Assembly: GCF_006345805.1 (NCBI RefSeq) | Contig: NC_042999.1 | Location: 43,524,001-43,588,000, forward strand | From: Octopus sinensis | Taxonomy: Eukaryota | Direction: 5' to 3' | DNA: 64,000 bases | In this document: in pieces, positions 12,564 to 24,905 of the stretch | How positions within the stretch are numbered: position 1 is the stretch's first letter | Layout of the letters: each line of letters begins with the position of its first letter | The notes under the pieces: generated by a model | The model's input: the letters and a program-made list of their open reading frames with translations, nothing else | The model's database searches: none | Told to the model about the DNA's origin: nothing | Made by a program: the position numbers and the translations under genes

Positions 12564-12625
12564 TTATTAAAAATGTTAATAATTAATCTATATCCATCAA
12601 ATCTCTCTATTTTCTTATTTAATAT

Positions 12626-12692
<67 letters not shown>

Positions 12693-12734
12693 CTTTTCCT
12701 CAGCCTGCCCATAATCCCTTTACACTTCTTCTGC

Positions 12735-13005
12735 ACCAATATTTTAACATATGGATACACAGTAACATTCTTACCACCTTCTCAGCATATCAGGCAGGGT
12801 CACTTTCCAGGTGTCAATAGAGTCCTTTCTTTTTTCTTGCAGATTAAAATTTTAATAATTGCTGTGTTTACTTTAAAACTTCTTGATTCTAAGCTTTGCT
12901 TCCATATTTTTTTTTCTTTTTATCTAATTCTTCCACAGATTCATCTATGAGAATTAGGATATCAGTATATAAGAGCTTGTGCTTCAGTTAAACCTTAGTA
13001 TCAAA
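12735..13005 (-). mobile_element. Degenerate RTE reverse-transcriptase fragment
   Basis: ELLYTDILILIDESVEELDKK..WKQSLES..KVNTA, a decayed ELLYADDL..WK..LE..LRVN motif. Confidence 0.65.
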
Positions 13006-13529
13006 ATATATAGTGAACATACTTCACCAGCTTTTCTTGAGACTGTTTATCTTCTTAGTACCCGAATCTATTTCACTTGTTATTCATTTTTCAGTCTTAA
13101 TACTGTCCTCTCCATTCAGATTTTACATTGATCGCTCTCCTGAGCCTTCTAATTATATCTCCTCCACTACCCATCATAATCTTTTCTTTTCTCATTCACT
13201 ATGTCTGCCTACACTCTTGCAACCTACCCAACCATATATCATCTCCCCAACTTTTCCTTTCTCCTATATTCTTTTTTGCCCCTTCTCTACGGCATTATCA
13301 CTATTTTGCAGCTTTTCGCCCCACATATCCAACCCACTTCTTTCTCTGTCTGTCATCTCCTCTCCTCTTGCTTCCTTAATTAATGTATTATTTGTTATCC
13401 CTCAACACCTTTTTAACCCTACCCAATTTCTACAATTGTTACTTACACTTCCCTCTTTCCTACTTTCCCAACATATCATCCTTCAATACTTGTTCTTAAT
13501 AATATTCACCCTCTCACCCATTCCCTATC

Positions 13530-13800
13530 CCTAACCATCTCTCCTTCCCCCATATACTCTTGCAACTTCTACCCATCCACATTTCCTATTCTCCTGTCCC
13601 CATTCACTTCTACTTACCGTGTATTTTGAGGGACCACCATAATACATCATCACTACTTTCATCTCTTTCCAGTTCAACCCCAGCCACTCTCACCCTCTCT
13701 TTTTTTTAACATAAGTAGCTGTGTATCTCCCCTATTGCAAAAATCTTATTCTGTTCTGGACCATTCTCTCATTTTAACCCCTCATTCCATAGCATAAAGT
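13530..13800. repeat. CT-rich dispersed repeat, unclassified
   Basis: Homologous to 20560-20845. Confidence 0.5.
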
Positions 13801-15771
13801 CATTTGCTTCTCTACTTTAGCCACTGGCTCAGTAATGAAATTTGGTTAGTGGGTAAAACCCCAGGTCCAAAATTTTTGCAAACAACGTTTTATTTTAAAT
13901 TTACTTTTGTGCTTCGTTCTTTGAGAAGAAACCTAACTTCAAGCTAATTTTACAGATCACTTTTTACATATTGTTTCTAAACCTGAGAAAAATAAGTTGT
14001 GGCGCAATTTTGATTTCACATCTATAAACAATTTTAGGTGGTGTACTTGCACTCCCTGCACCCCATTTTCTGGGTCCCTGATTGTAGCCCCACCCAGTAG
14101 AAGAAGATTTTTGTTTTGCAGGCTGCATGGCAACTCCAGTCATTGCAGAGCAACAGAAGATGAAGTGTTTTGCTCAAGAATGCAACACAGCACCCTGTTT
14201 GTGAATCAAACCTGTGATCTCAAGTTTGTGAGTGTAACACCCTAACCAGTAGACCATATATCCTTCCAAATGCTTGCAAAAGAATGGACTCAAATAAAAG
14301 TTCCAGGTGTTAAACTGAGTAACAGATCAAATCTTTTACTGGAATAGACCATGACAAGTACTATGAAACAAACATCCAGTACACACTGTAAAGTGGTTGG
14401 TGTTAGGAAGAACATCCAGTTGCAGAAACTATACCAAAGCAGCAATGGTATAGCTAGAGTGTGTGCCACTCAGGGCTGCCCTTGAATTAGCTGCCTCCAC
14501 CATGGGCTCCCAAGCCTATACAAGCTTAGAAGTGCCACTACCACAAAAGTATCACCCAGGGTGATCCACCTCCTCTCACCCCTCCCTAGCTACGGCACTG
14601 TAAAGCAGGTATTATAGCATGATGCAGTCTTCAGATCGGTTGGATCATGTCAGACAATCTAATCCATGCCAGCATGGGACATGAATGTAAATGATGATGA
14701 TAATGATAATGAACTAATTCTAAAATGTGTTGGTAGTAATTTTTGATTTCATGAATCCTGCAACTGTCTTGCTTACACTGAAAGCAGGAAATTACATTGA
14801 TTTCATGAATTTTAGAATAAAATGTGTTAAATTAATTTTTAATATGAATGGAAAGCAAAATAAAATATAATTGGCTGCAGTTACTTAATGTAGTATTAAG
14901 TGTTAAATCAAAACAAAAATTTTTGAGAAAAGTTAATCATATTATTTCATTATCTTTACCAATATAAAATCTTACACTCACATAAGAAAATACTATTCAC
15001 TTATTAAAATATTCATAAAAAATTGTATACTCTGCATTGTCCTTGAATGATTGAAACACTACTAGTCACAAATCTGCTATAATTATAAGCACATATGTAT
15101 TGTGGACTCTTCTGTTGTAGATAACATTGATCAAAAGTTTGTACTGCACATTAACTTGCTGTCTCCATGAAATCAACATTACCTGTACAAGTATACGGTG
15201 TGCCAAACATCAGATGCTGAAGTTATTGCAGAGCAACAGAAGATGAAGCGTTTTGCTCAAGAATGCAACACAGCACCCAGTTTGTGAATCAAACTTGTGA
15301 TCTCAAGTTTGTGAATGTAACACCCTAACCAGTAGACCATATATCCTTCCAAATGCTCGCAATAGAATAGATTCCACTAAAAGTGCCAGGTATCAGTGTT
15401 AAACTGAGTAAACAGATCAAGTCTTCTACTGGAATCGACCATGACAAGAATTGAACTCACAATGCAAAGAGCCAGAACAAATAGCATGAGGAACTTGATA
15501 TGATGTTGTTACAGTTTTGTCAATTCAACACCATAGATTGATACATTTTCATCAACCCTGAAAGAATAAAAGACAAATGACATTGGCAGGATCTAATTTC
15601 AGAGTGCAAAGAATTAGAACAAGGCATTCTATTTGATGCACTGTCAACTCTGCAAACTTGCCATCTACATTATCTAAATGTATCCTTCAGAGTCAGAAAA
15701 TATTGATTTCAAATTTTGGCACAAGGCCAGCAATTTCAGGGAAGGGGGAAAGTCAATGATATCAACCGTGG

Positions 15772-16050
15772 AGGCACATAGCCTAGTGGTTAAAGCAGCA
15801 GACTCACGGTGGAGGGATTGCGGGTTTAAATCTCAGACCAGGCGACGTGTGTGTTTATGAGCAAAACACCTAAGCTCCACACGGCTCCAGCAGAAGGTAA
15901 TGGCAAACTTCTGCTGACTCTTTCGCCACAACTTTCTCTCACTCTTCTGCATCTTGCAGCTCACCTGTGACGGACTGGAGTCCCGTCCAAGTGGGGAACC
16001 TATACACCAAGAAAACCAGGAAACCAGCCCTTATGAGCCAGGCATGGCTC
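15772..16050 (+). mobile_element. tRNA-derived SINE family C
   Basis: Head GGAGGCACATAGCCTAGTGGTTAAAGCAGCAGACTC; matches 45903-46096 and 27040-27345. Confidence 0.75.
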
Positions 16051-16189
16051 AAGAAGGAACAAACAATGATATCAACCTCAGTATTCAACTGGTACTTATT
16101 TTATCATCCCCGAAAGGATGTAAGGCAAAGTCAACCTCAGTGGAGAGTTAGAAAATATTGATGTCTCAACAGTAGAAACAGCAATTTCC

Positions 16190-16690
16190 TATAGGAGGAT
16201 CAGCAACTGTATAACACTTATATATCAAGTAATAAGATGGAGCTAGTGCTGTTGCTACCTATATAAATATCCTACACTACATTAAAAAAAAGGCCTAATA
16301 TTTAATTGACAAACATTCATTTAGAAATATGCTAAAGATGGTGGCCCATGAGACAAGATATGTGGCCATTCCTAAATAACATGCCTAACAAATAATCATA
16401 TAAGACCCTATAAGACTCACAACTGGTTTCAGACTCAAAACAGATGTTAAAACAAATTCCATCTTTCTTTGAGACATTGTCTGTGAAAAAAATTGAGAGA
16501 ATCTGCAATACATATAATATCAGAACAGTGCAATTTTTGTAGATTTCTCACCAACGTTAAACCTACATAGGAATGATTAGAATACAAGAACTACACATAT
16601 TATATATCATGTATCTGTGGAAGATCTTACAAAGAGGAAACTGGAAGAGCCTTAAAAGTTTTAAATAAAGCTACATTGAAAAGCTTTAAT
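16190..16690 (+). mobile_element. Degenerate Penelope-like ORF fragment (GIY-YIG region)
   Basis: Frameshifted KIERICNTYNIRTV...YISCICGRSYKEETGRALKV, typical PLE Y.I.C.C...Y.GETGR motif. Confidence 0.65.
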
Positions 16691-16707
16691 AATAAGAGGA
16701 GAAACAT

Positions 16708-16830
16708 TCATCATCATCATCATCATCATCGTTTAACGTCCGCTTTTCATGCTAGCATGGGTTGGACGATTTTGACTGAGGGCTGGCGAACCAGATGGCT
16801 GCACCAGGCTCCAGTCTTGATTTGGCAGAG
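16708..16830 (-). mobile_element. RTE LINE 3'-end fragment
   Basis: (CAT)n-GTTTAACGTCC-...GCTAGCATGGGTTGG, reverse of 9300-9403. Confidence 0.8.
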
Positions 16831-16913
16831 TTTGATGTCTGAAATAGCTGAACAAACATATATCATATGAAAAAGGAAATTATATTCTACTACAAAATAA
16901 AATTCTATAATTG

Positions 16914-16944
<31 letters not shown>

Positions 16945-17004
16945 CTGAATGGAATTTTGCAAGGTAGAACATAACACATTTAGGGCCTAGAAGTGGAGTG
17001 CTGT

Positions 17005-17160
17005 ACTCTTTTACTCTTTTACTCTTTTACTTGTTTCAGTCATTTGACTGTGGCCATGCTGGAGCACCGCCTTTAGTCGAGCAAATCGACCCTGGGACTT
17101 ATTCTTTTGTAAGCCCAGTACTTCTTCTATCGGTCTCTTTTTGCCGAACCGCTAAGTGAC
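17005..17160 (-). mobile_element. SINE family A 3' fragment
   Basis: (TACTCTTT)n tail plus 3' body. Confidence 0.85.
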
Positions 17161-17228
17161 TGTAAGTTTGTTTTTTTTTTTATTTTTGTTTACTACTTGG
17201 ACTGACATACTGGCTGACCATCACCTAC

Positions 17229-17286
17229 TTGCTATAGAGAGCCATGATGAAAAATGAGAGTAACAAAGAAGCTGGATAAACATTTA
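17229..17286 (-). CDS. Candidate exon (xNVYPASLLLSFFIMALYS), hydrophobic
   Basis: TACTAAT..TTTTCAG acceptor, GTAGGT donor or direct stop; phase compatible with 19359-19406. Confidence 0.3.
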
Positions 17287-18761
17287 CTGAAAATCCATTA
17301 GTAAGTCTAGTTCTGATATCAGCTTAATATGGTTGCCTTTAGTGAAAAATAAATTTAAATAACTTAGAAACGTATCGGATTGTCAGATAAATTTGTTTGC
17401 TTCCTTTTTTTTTTCTACTTGTTACTCCATCATCATATGACTGAAAAGAGGTAAAATTTATTCAAATTTCAAAAATGATAAACAAAAGTTGTAGAGGCAG
17501 AAAAGAGCTACAATAAAAACATTACAATAAAAATATTTTTTGCGTTAATTCAAACAATATTGGGAAGGATTAAAATAAATAGAAGGGAAAAAAATGAACA
17601 AATTTATCTAACAAACCAATAATGTAAAAAATGTATGTGTTAGTGGCATAGTGGATAAAAATGTTAGTGTTGAAATAAAGGTTCCTAGTTCAAATCCAAC
17701 ACTAGGTACATACTTTTTTAACACAGTTATAATGCTGAATGGTAATCAAACCTATTGGAATGTAGGATGAAGCTAAATATTTTATTTCAAATTTTGGCAC
17801 AAAGCCAGCAATTTTGGGGGAGGGGTAAGTTGATTAAATTGACATCAATGTTCAACTGGTACTTATTTTAGCAACCTGAAGAGGATGATAGGCAAAGTTG
17901 ACCTTGGCAGAATTTGAACTCAGAACATAAAGAGATGGAAGAAATGCCAGTGTCCTAACAACTCTACCAGCTCACAACCTTAGCATGGAAATAAATATTA
18001 AAAAATGTCTCATTTGTGCATATGTAGTTTATTAGCCTGAAAAATTATAATTGTACAAACAATAATTCATCTAAGATGTTTAGAAATCTGATTATTGTAT
18101 TTACTTGTGCATGAAGATGTGTGACTTAGTGTAAAGTGGTTAGGGTGTTGCATTCATGATTGCAAGATCACGGTCTTGATTTCCAGACTGGGCAGTGTTC
18201 TTGAACATATATATTCAATATTCCTCTCACCTCATCGGTTAAGGGGGTTCTTATTTTGACCTGTGAGTTGCTTGATGGCTTCACTTGTACTGGTGTCATG
18301 CAAAAAGCACCTTGTACACTCTGTAAGGTGGCTGGTGTTGGGAAAGATATCTAGTCATAGAAACCATGTTCCAGTCCACTCAGCTGTAAATGAGTGACCC
18401 TTTCGCAGACTGACATTCCATTTAAGGGGAATGTTGTAACAATGGTTACTTATACACCATGGAAGCTGTATAACCAACCCTATAAGTCCCGGGATTTAAA
18501 GTAATAATGTCTAGAGGTTGACATTTACATTTACATTAAAGTTTGCTGTCCTCTTTAACAATTGCATATTTATTTGTACATAAGAGGTGGCAAGCTGGCA
18601 GAATTGTTAGCATGCCAAGTGGTATTTTGCCTGTTCTTGCATTCTATGTTCAAATTCCACTGAAGTCAATTTTGCCTTCCATCCTTTCAGTATTGATAAA
18701 ATAAGTACCAGTTGAGCACTGGGGTCAATGTAATCAAGTTAACTACTCCTGGGTAAAAGTA

Positions 18762-19125
18762 TACTCTTTTACTTGTTTCAGTCATTTAGTTGAGCAAATT
18801 GATCCCAGGACTTATTCTTTGTAAGCCTAGTACTTATTCTAGCGGTCTCTTTTGCCAAACTGCTAAGTTACTGGGACGTAAACACACCAGCATCGGTTGT
18901 CAAGTGATGTTGTGGGGTCAAACACAGACACACAAACATATACACACATGTACACATACATACAACGGGCTTATTTCAGTTTCCGTCTACCAAATCCACT
19001 GACAAGGCTTTGGTTGGCCCGAGGCTATAGTAGAAGACACTTGCCCAAGGTGCCACGCAGTGGGACTGAACCCAGAACCATGTGGTTGGTAACCAAGCTA
19101 CTTACCACACAGCCACTCCTGCACC
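18762..19125 (-). mobile_element. SINE family A
   Basis: Reverse-complement match. Confidence 0.88.
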
Positions 19126-19158
<33 letters not shown>

Positions 19159-19358
19159 CACCCCTCTACCAAACCATGTTAAGCCAATGTGGATGAGTAG
19201 GCTCATCAAACCAGTATGATCACAAGCTCAGATTCATGGCCTCCACATCAAGCCATGATTGATGAAGAGAAGGAGAGAACATGCTGAGGCCTATGTCCTG
19301 CAGTGGACTGAACATAGGCAATCCTATCCAATCCAGTCCAACTCACACTATTTCATAC

Positions 19359-19406
19359 TTGATATTTTAACTGAAGAAACTTCAGTGACTTGTACACAGG
19401 TTAAAG
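19359..19406 (-). CDS. Candidate 48-nt exon (xLTCVQVTEVSSVKIS)
   Basis: Strong polypyrimidine acceptor TTTTTCCCCCTCCTT...ATCAG, donor GTATGA, only one frame open. Confidence 0.3.
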
Positions 19407-19540
19407 CTGATATCAAGTTTGAATAAGGAGGGGGAAAAATTTTACATCAGTATTTAGCATTAAATTAGTCAAATGACATTAACATGAGTAAATACAGTAA
19501 ATATGTACTGTTATCTGTTAGATGAATTAAACACTTAAAT

Positions 19541-19808
19541 CTATATCTTCCCATTAAAAAGGAAAGGTTTGGTAGGGTAGTAGAGGACTTTATTGCCATG
19601 GTTTAAACAAATCATTAACACTTTTCCTACAGATGATGTTGATTCCATTAGAGCGGAAATAATGAGAAAATTTTGAATGACTGCATTATATCTCAATGAC
19701 AGTGCTACTTCAATTTTCTCAAACAATTGCCCTTCCACAAACCTTTTGTCTCTTAATTGCTGCCAATTGCATGTTCCTGATGCTGAATCTTTGAACAACA
19801 TGTTTGTT
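19541..19808 (-). CDS. Candidate exon/ORF, unassigned 88-codon frame
   Basis: Acceptor TTTTCCTTGTAG, then open frame TNMLFKDSASGTCNW...PFLFNGKI* in non-repeat DNA. Confidence 0.3.
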
Positions 19809-19971
19809 CTACAAGGAAAATATTATTAGAAATTAAAAAGTTAATTTAATGATATGTTTTGGTTAAACTTAACATGTTGTATTTTAAATCTTGGAATGTT
19901 GGTTTATATCATCAGAATGATGTGTTTATAATTATAGTTTTTATTTTACTAAGCCATCTTTAGTCTATCAC

Positions 19972-20124
19972 CTCATTCAGAATCAATAGAATAATTGCCC
20001 ACAACAGGCTGGAGTATGTGGTCAAAATTAAGACCATATTTGACATGTTTAGTTTAGTTTGTGTGTTGCTATCAAGTATTGGATTTGTTAATCTGGTATC
20101 ATAGGTCAAAATGATCTGAGCTAA
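19972..20124 (-). CDS. Candidate 153-nt exon ending in TM-like SLLWAIILLILNE
   Basis: TGCTAAT..TTTTGTAG acceptor, GTGATA donor, open phase 0-0. Confidence 0.3.
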
Positions 20125-20370
20125 CTACAAAACCCATTAGCATGAACAATATTGATTTTTACATTGGGAAAAGGAAAAAAAAAAATCTAAAGTGAAGAAA
20201 AATAGGGAGAATTCTGACATTTATGCCTCCTTGAGGATATTAACTATTTCTTGACAATATTTCTAATGGGTAGATGTTTCAATTAATGCCTAGATTCTTA
20301 ATGTTTCAATTCATTTTTTTTTTAAATTTTAACTTAAGTCTTTATAGGGGGTTTAGTAAAGTGGATACAG

Positions 20371-20416
<46 letters not shown>

Positions 20417-20420
20417 AACC

Positions 20421-20456
<36 letters not shown>

Positions 20457-20879
20457 CATTATGATTCTGCTGTTCTTCACTCCACCTTTCTTCTGCACTA
20501 TCAGCCATCTCTTTCTTTCCCCCACCTCTTCCCAATACTTGTTCTTCATAATATACATGCTCTGACTCCTTCCTTACCCTTAACTATGTCTCACTCTCCC
20601 ATATACCCTTGCAACCTCTAATCACCCACACTTCTTATTCTACTATCTCCCACTCATTTTTGTACATCACTCCCTCTTGACGGTACACCCTGACACCTCA
20701 TCACCACTATTTTTATCTCTTTCCAGTTCTACCCAGGCCACTCTTACCCCATCTTCCATAATGTGTATATCTATGTAGCTCTTCCATATCAAGAAACCAA
20801 TTCTGTTTTGGCCCCCTTTCATCTCCTAGCATAAAGCCACCACTCTCTCAAATGAAGTATCTTTCAGTGCAAGGGAAAC

Positions 20880-21115
20880 TTAGTCTTGCAGGTTGCATGG
20901 ATATCTTACTAGTGCTGGTGCCACTAAGAAAGCATTTCATACACTCTTTGAAGTGGTTAGCATTTAGAAAACCATCCAGCCACAGAAACCTTGCCAAAAG
21001 CAGGTATTGGGGCATGATGCAGTTCACTGACATGTGACATGCCAGATCTTGTCAGCCCATTTAACCCATACCAGCATGGAACATGGATGTTAAATGATGA
21101 TGATGATGATGATGA
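20880..21115 (+). mobile_element. RTE LINE 3'-end fragment
   Basis: ...CAGCATGGAACATGGATGTTAAAT(GAT)n. Confidence 0.75.
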
Positions 21116-21168
21116 TATATATGTGTATGTGTGTGTAGTTGTTGCCATATTTCATTCTACATTAGCTA

Positions 21169-21249
21169 CCTCTGAAGAGTGCAGTGTTACCTAATTGGAC
21201 TATTATCTAACACTCTTTTGAACCCCTAGTGCAAAACCAAATGGTAAGA
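21169..21249 (+). ncRNA. Decayed hammerhead motif (G12 to A)
   Basis: CUGAAGA-GUGC...GUGC-[A]AAA-C-CAAAUG-GUA-AGA; same GUGC/GUGC stem II closure as 7267-7350. Confidence 0.45.
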
Positions 21250-21302
21250 TCAGCCGTAATGGATATATAATACTGTACACTTCAATTTATATATATATAT
21301 AT

Positions 21303-21376
<74 letters not shown>

Positions 21377-21384
21377 TATATATA

Positions 21385-22669
21385 TTGGGTCATCCCATAA
21401 ATAATGCAGATTTTTCAATTGCATGAACTAAAAGTTGGAGGGGGATGGGATAAACTACCAGCATCAACTTGCTGTAAAAGCAGGTAGTAATTTTACCTTG
21501 TACTTATTCTTAGTGCAAGTTTTGATGAGTGCAGTTCGATCTTAACAGTTATTTTTTCAAAGCCATAATGGAAGTGATAAAGAAGCATATACAGCATATT
21601 TTTGCTTAATGAGTTCAATAAAGGAAACAACACAATGGAAAGTGTGAGGAATATCAATGCAGTATATGGGGATCGGACAATAAGCATAAGCTAACGTCAA
21701 TGGTGGTTCCAGAAATTCCGAGCCGGAAATTACAGCCTAGAAGACAAGGTTTGTCCTGGAAGATCTGTAGAACTCTAAGAGAATGTCCTGCAAACCCTAG
21801 TGAAATAAAATCCCATTGTAATTGTTGAGGAACTAGCAGAGAAGCTTGGACTTGGTCATCCAATCAGTCATTGACACCTGTGTGCCATCAGAAAAGTCAG
21901 AAAATTGGGTCAATGGGTTCCTCACAAACTTTGTGAATCTAATCACACACAAAGAGTGAATGTGTGCACACTTCTTTGCTGTCATGTCTCACGGATGAAT
22001 CTTTTTGGGACCAAATGGTGACTGGTGACGTGAAATGTGTTCTCTATAACAGCGCTGAAGACAGTGGGTAGGGATTGGAGAAACACTGGCACCCAAGGCT
22101 AAAGAAGGTCTTCACCCATGTAAGGTGTTGTTACTTGTTTGGTGAGATATGAAAGGTTTAGTCCACTTTGAACTTTTAAACCCAAACCAAATGATAACAA
22201 AGGAGATCTACTGCAAGCAGCTTGGGCAGCTTCAGTCAGTGCTAGAAGAAAAACAACCATCTTTGGTTTCAAGATGAAAGGTGTTCTTTCATCCGGATAA
22301 TGCATCCGGACATACATCAAGGAGAACATTCAAAAGGCTGGAGCAGTTTCAATGGGAAATGATATCCCACCCTCCATATTCACTGGACATTGCCCCATCT
22401 GATTATCCTTTATTCCGCAGTCTTCAAAATCATTTGAACAGAAAAAATATAAATTCTGTAGACAAGGTGAGAACAGTACTGGAGGAGAATTTTTCATCAT
22501 GGTCAAGTGAATTTTGGAAGAGGGGCTTTGGAAGTCAACCAGATAGATGGAAGAGCATTGTAGAAAATGAAGGAGATAATATATTTTAGATTAAAAAAGA
22601 ACTTTGTTTATCTTAATTTTGAAAAATAAAAGAGGTATAAAAAACTGTATTATTTATGGGATGACCCAA
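21385..22669 (+). mobile_element. Full-length mariner transposon, inactive
   Basis: TIR TTGGGTCATCCCATAAATAAT at both ends, TA left and TG right; about 1.29 kb. Confidence 0.95.
21568..22589 (+). pseudogene. Mariner (DD34D) transposase pseudogene
   Basis: WVPHKL, VTGD, HPDNA, HPPYSLDIAPSDY motifs; several stops and frameshifts. Confidence 0.92.
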
Positions 22670-23052
22670 TGTGTGTGTGTATAAACATATATATATATAT
22701 AAATATATGTATACAATACCTTTTATAAACCAGACTAATTTAGCTATTTCTTGAAGATTGAAAAAATAAACAACCTTAATTGATTTTCAAATTTTATTGG
22801 AGTTTCATCAGAGGAGTATACATACACACATAAAAACATATATATGTGTGGTGCTGATGTCATGTAAAAAGCATCCAGTACTCTCTGTAGAGCTGTTGGC
22901 ATTGGAAGGACATCCAGCTGTAGAAAAAATTCCAAAGCAGACAATAGAAGCTGGTGCAGCTTCTGGCTTTGCCAGCTCTTCTCAAACTATCCAATCTGTT
23001 TCAGCATGGAAAATGAGCATTAAAGGATGTTGCATGTGTATGTGTGTATGTA

Positions 23053-23136
<84 letters not shown>

Positions 23137-23159
23137 GGATTATATATATAAATATATGG

Positions 23160-23395
23160 CACATAAAAATACCGTTTGAGTGTGGTCATTGCCAGTACTG
23201 CCTGACTGGCCTTTGTGCTGGCGGCACGTAAGAGCACCCACTACACTCTCGGAGTGGTTGGCATTAGGAAGGGCATCCAGCTGTAGAAACTCTGCCAGAT
23301 CAGATTGGAGTCTAGTGCAGTTTGCCAGTCCTCAGTCAAATCGCCCAACCCATGCTAGCATGGAAAGCAGACGTTAAACGATAATGATGATGATA
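23160..23395 (+). mobile_element. RTE LINE 3'-end fragment
   Basis: Matches 9180-9403. Confidence 0.85.
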
Positions 23396-23804
23396 TAAAA
23401 GTAATAATTTTAAATATGGGTATACACCTGGTAGTATGCTGTTTAAAGCACATTCAATTTCTTTGGCTATCTGATGTTATCAACAGTAGGCATTTTAGTG
23501 CCACTGGATTTACTTCAGGAATTCTTTCATGTCTGTTGAGTATATAACAAATGAGAGAAAGAGAAAATGGGGTGCAGTCATATTAATTCATAAGGAATCT
23601 CATGAATTCCAGTTTCACTTTCTCTCATTTGTTATATATATATGTGTTTGTGTGTGTATATGTATATAGGAGGCATTGGTATCCAGAAGACCCAAGGTGA
23701 CAGGTAAGGCTATGTAAGTGTTATGGAAGGACTATAGTTAAACTCTCAGTTCAATGATAATACGAGTGAGGTGTCTAATGTGGTTCTTGTATGAGAAAGT
23801 ATAT

Positions 23805-24050
23805 TATCATCATCATCATCATCATCATCATAATTTAACGTCCGCTTTCCAAGCTAGCATGGGTTGGACGATTTGACTGAGGTCTGGCGAACCAGACTCC
23901 AATCTGATCTGGCAGAGTTTCTACAGCTGGATGCCCTTCCTAACGCCAACCACTCCGAGAGTGTAGTAGGTGCTTTTACATGCCACCGGCACGAGGGCCA
24001 GTTTGGCGGTACTGGCAACGGCCACGCCCAAATGGTGCTTTTTACGTGCC
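23805..24050 (-). mobile_element. RTE LINE 3'-end fragment
   Basis: (CAT)n tail then 3' UTR with 1-2 minisatellite units. Confidence 0.85.
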
Positions 24051-24820
24051 GAGACAACAAAGCCAAGGATGTTTGTTAATTTTCAGGACATTCATAAAGA
24101 GAAAGTTAGTCTTACAGCTGTTTCTGGGATATTAGGGATATCCCTTCAAAAATGATGTGAAATGGTTAAATAGAGGGAAATAAGAGAATAAAAGTAAAAA
24201 TAAAAATATATGTAGGATGTTATAGTTGCAGTTCCATTATATGAGGAAAGTGGTATGTAGAAGTGGTAGAGATGCTTCTTGTCCATGGTATATAAATTCT
24301 GGTAGGAGTTCATATTTTGTTGTTACAAATGGTAAGTGTGGAGACATTCGAAGGGGTCTTGTGGTGTGAATGAAATTTTGTGCATGTAGTGGTAGTATTA
24401 AGTAGATAGAGAGGAGTGAAAAGATGGTGTATGTTAAAATGAGGAGAATGGTCAAAAGGAATAGGTGAGTAAAGAAGAAATAAAAAGGAAGAGATAATGA
24501 AAAAATGAAAACAGGTGTGTTACTTGGTGGTCAAGATATTATGAGGAGTATGGGAGAGGAGTAGGGGAGGGATAGGAAGAGAATGTAAGAATGTAAGGGA
24601 GGTGGCAGGATATGTTTGAAAGGCACTAAGATGGAGAGATGGGTGCAGAAACTGGTACAGTGGGGGGTTACTAAAGAGAGTAGTAAACCTCAAAAAGGAA
24701 GGGAAGAATAATAAGATATAATGGTCGAGTTTCTAAAAATAGATGGAGGTGTTTATTGTACTGGCTAATGTGATAGTGGAGGCTGAAGAATGAGAAAGAG
24801 AAAGAAACTAATTTAAATTG
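24050..24820 (-). mobile_element. Probable PLE 3' fragment with broken HHR at 24109-24150
   Basis: 24050-24200 is homologous to 25840-25980; CUGAUGA core disrupted, stem III ACAGCUGU intact. Confidence 0.5.
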
Positions 24821-24905
24821 ATATACACACACACATACATATATGTGTGTGTATGCATTATTATATAAGCCTGCATACTTATGTACTTAAACCCATATGC
24901 ATATA

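Noticed and set aside
19633-19676. Plus-strand terminal exon DDVDSIRAEIMRKF* and MRVTKKLDKHLLKIH at 17255-17300
   Set aside because: They overlap the minus-strand candidates; the GTAAGT donor is the antisense of the minus branch-point motif; no coherent model
19541-20124. Slight resemblance of the minus-strand frames to PIGG or TMEM94 C-termini
   Set aside because: Only 3-4 residue matches; diagnostic motifs are absent
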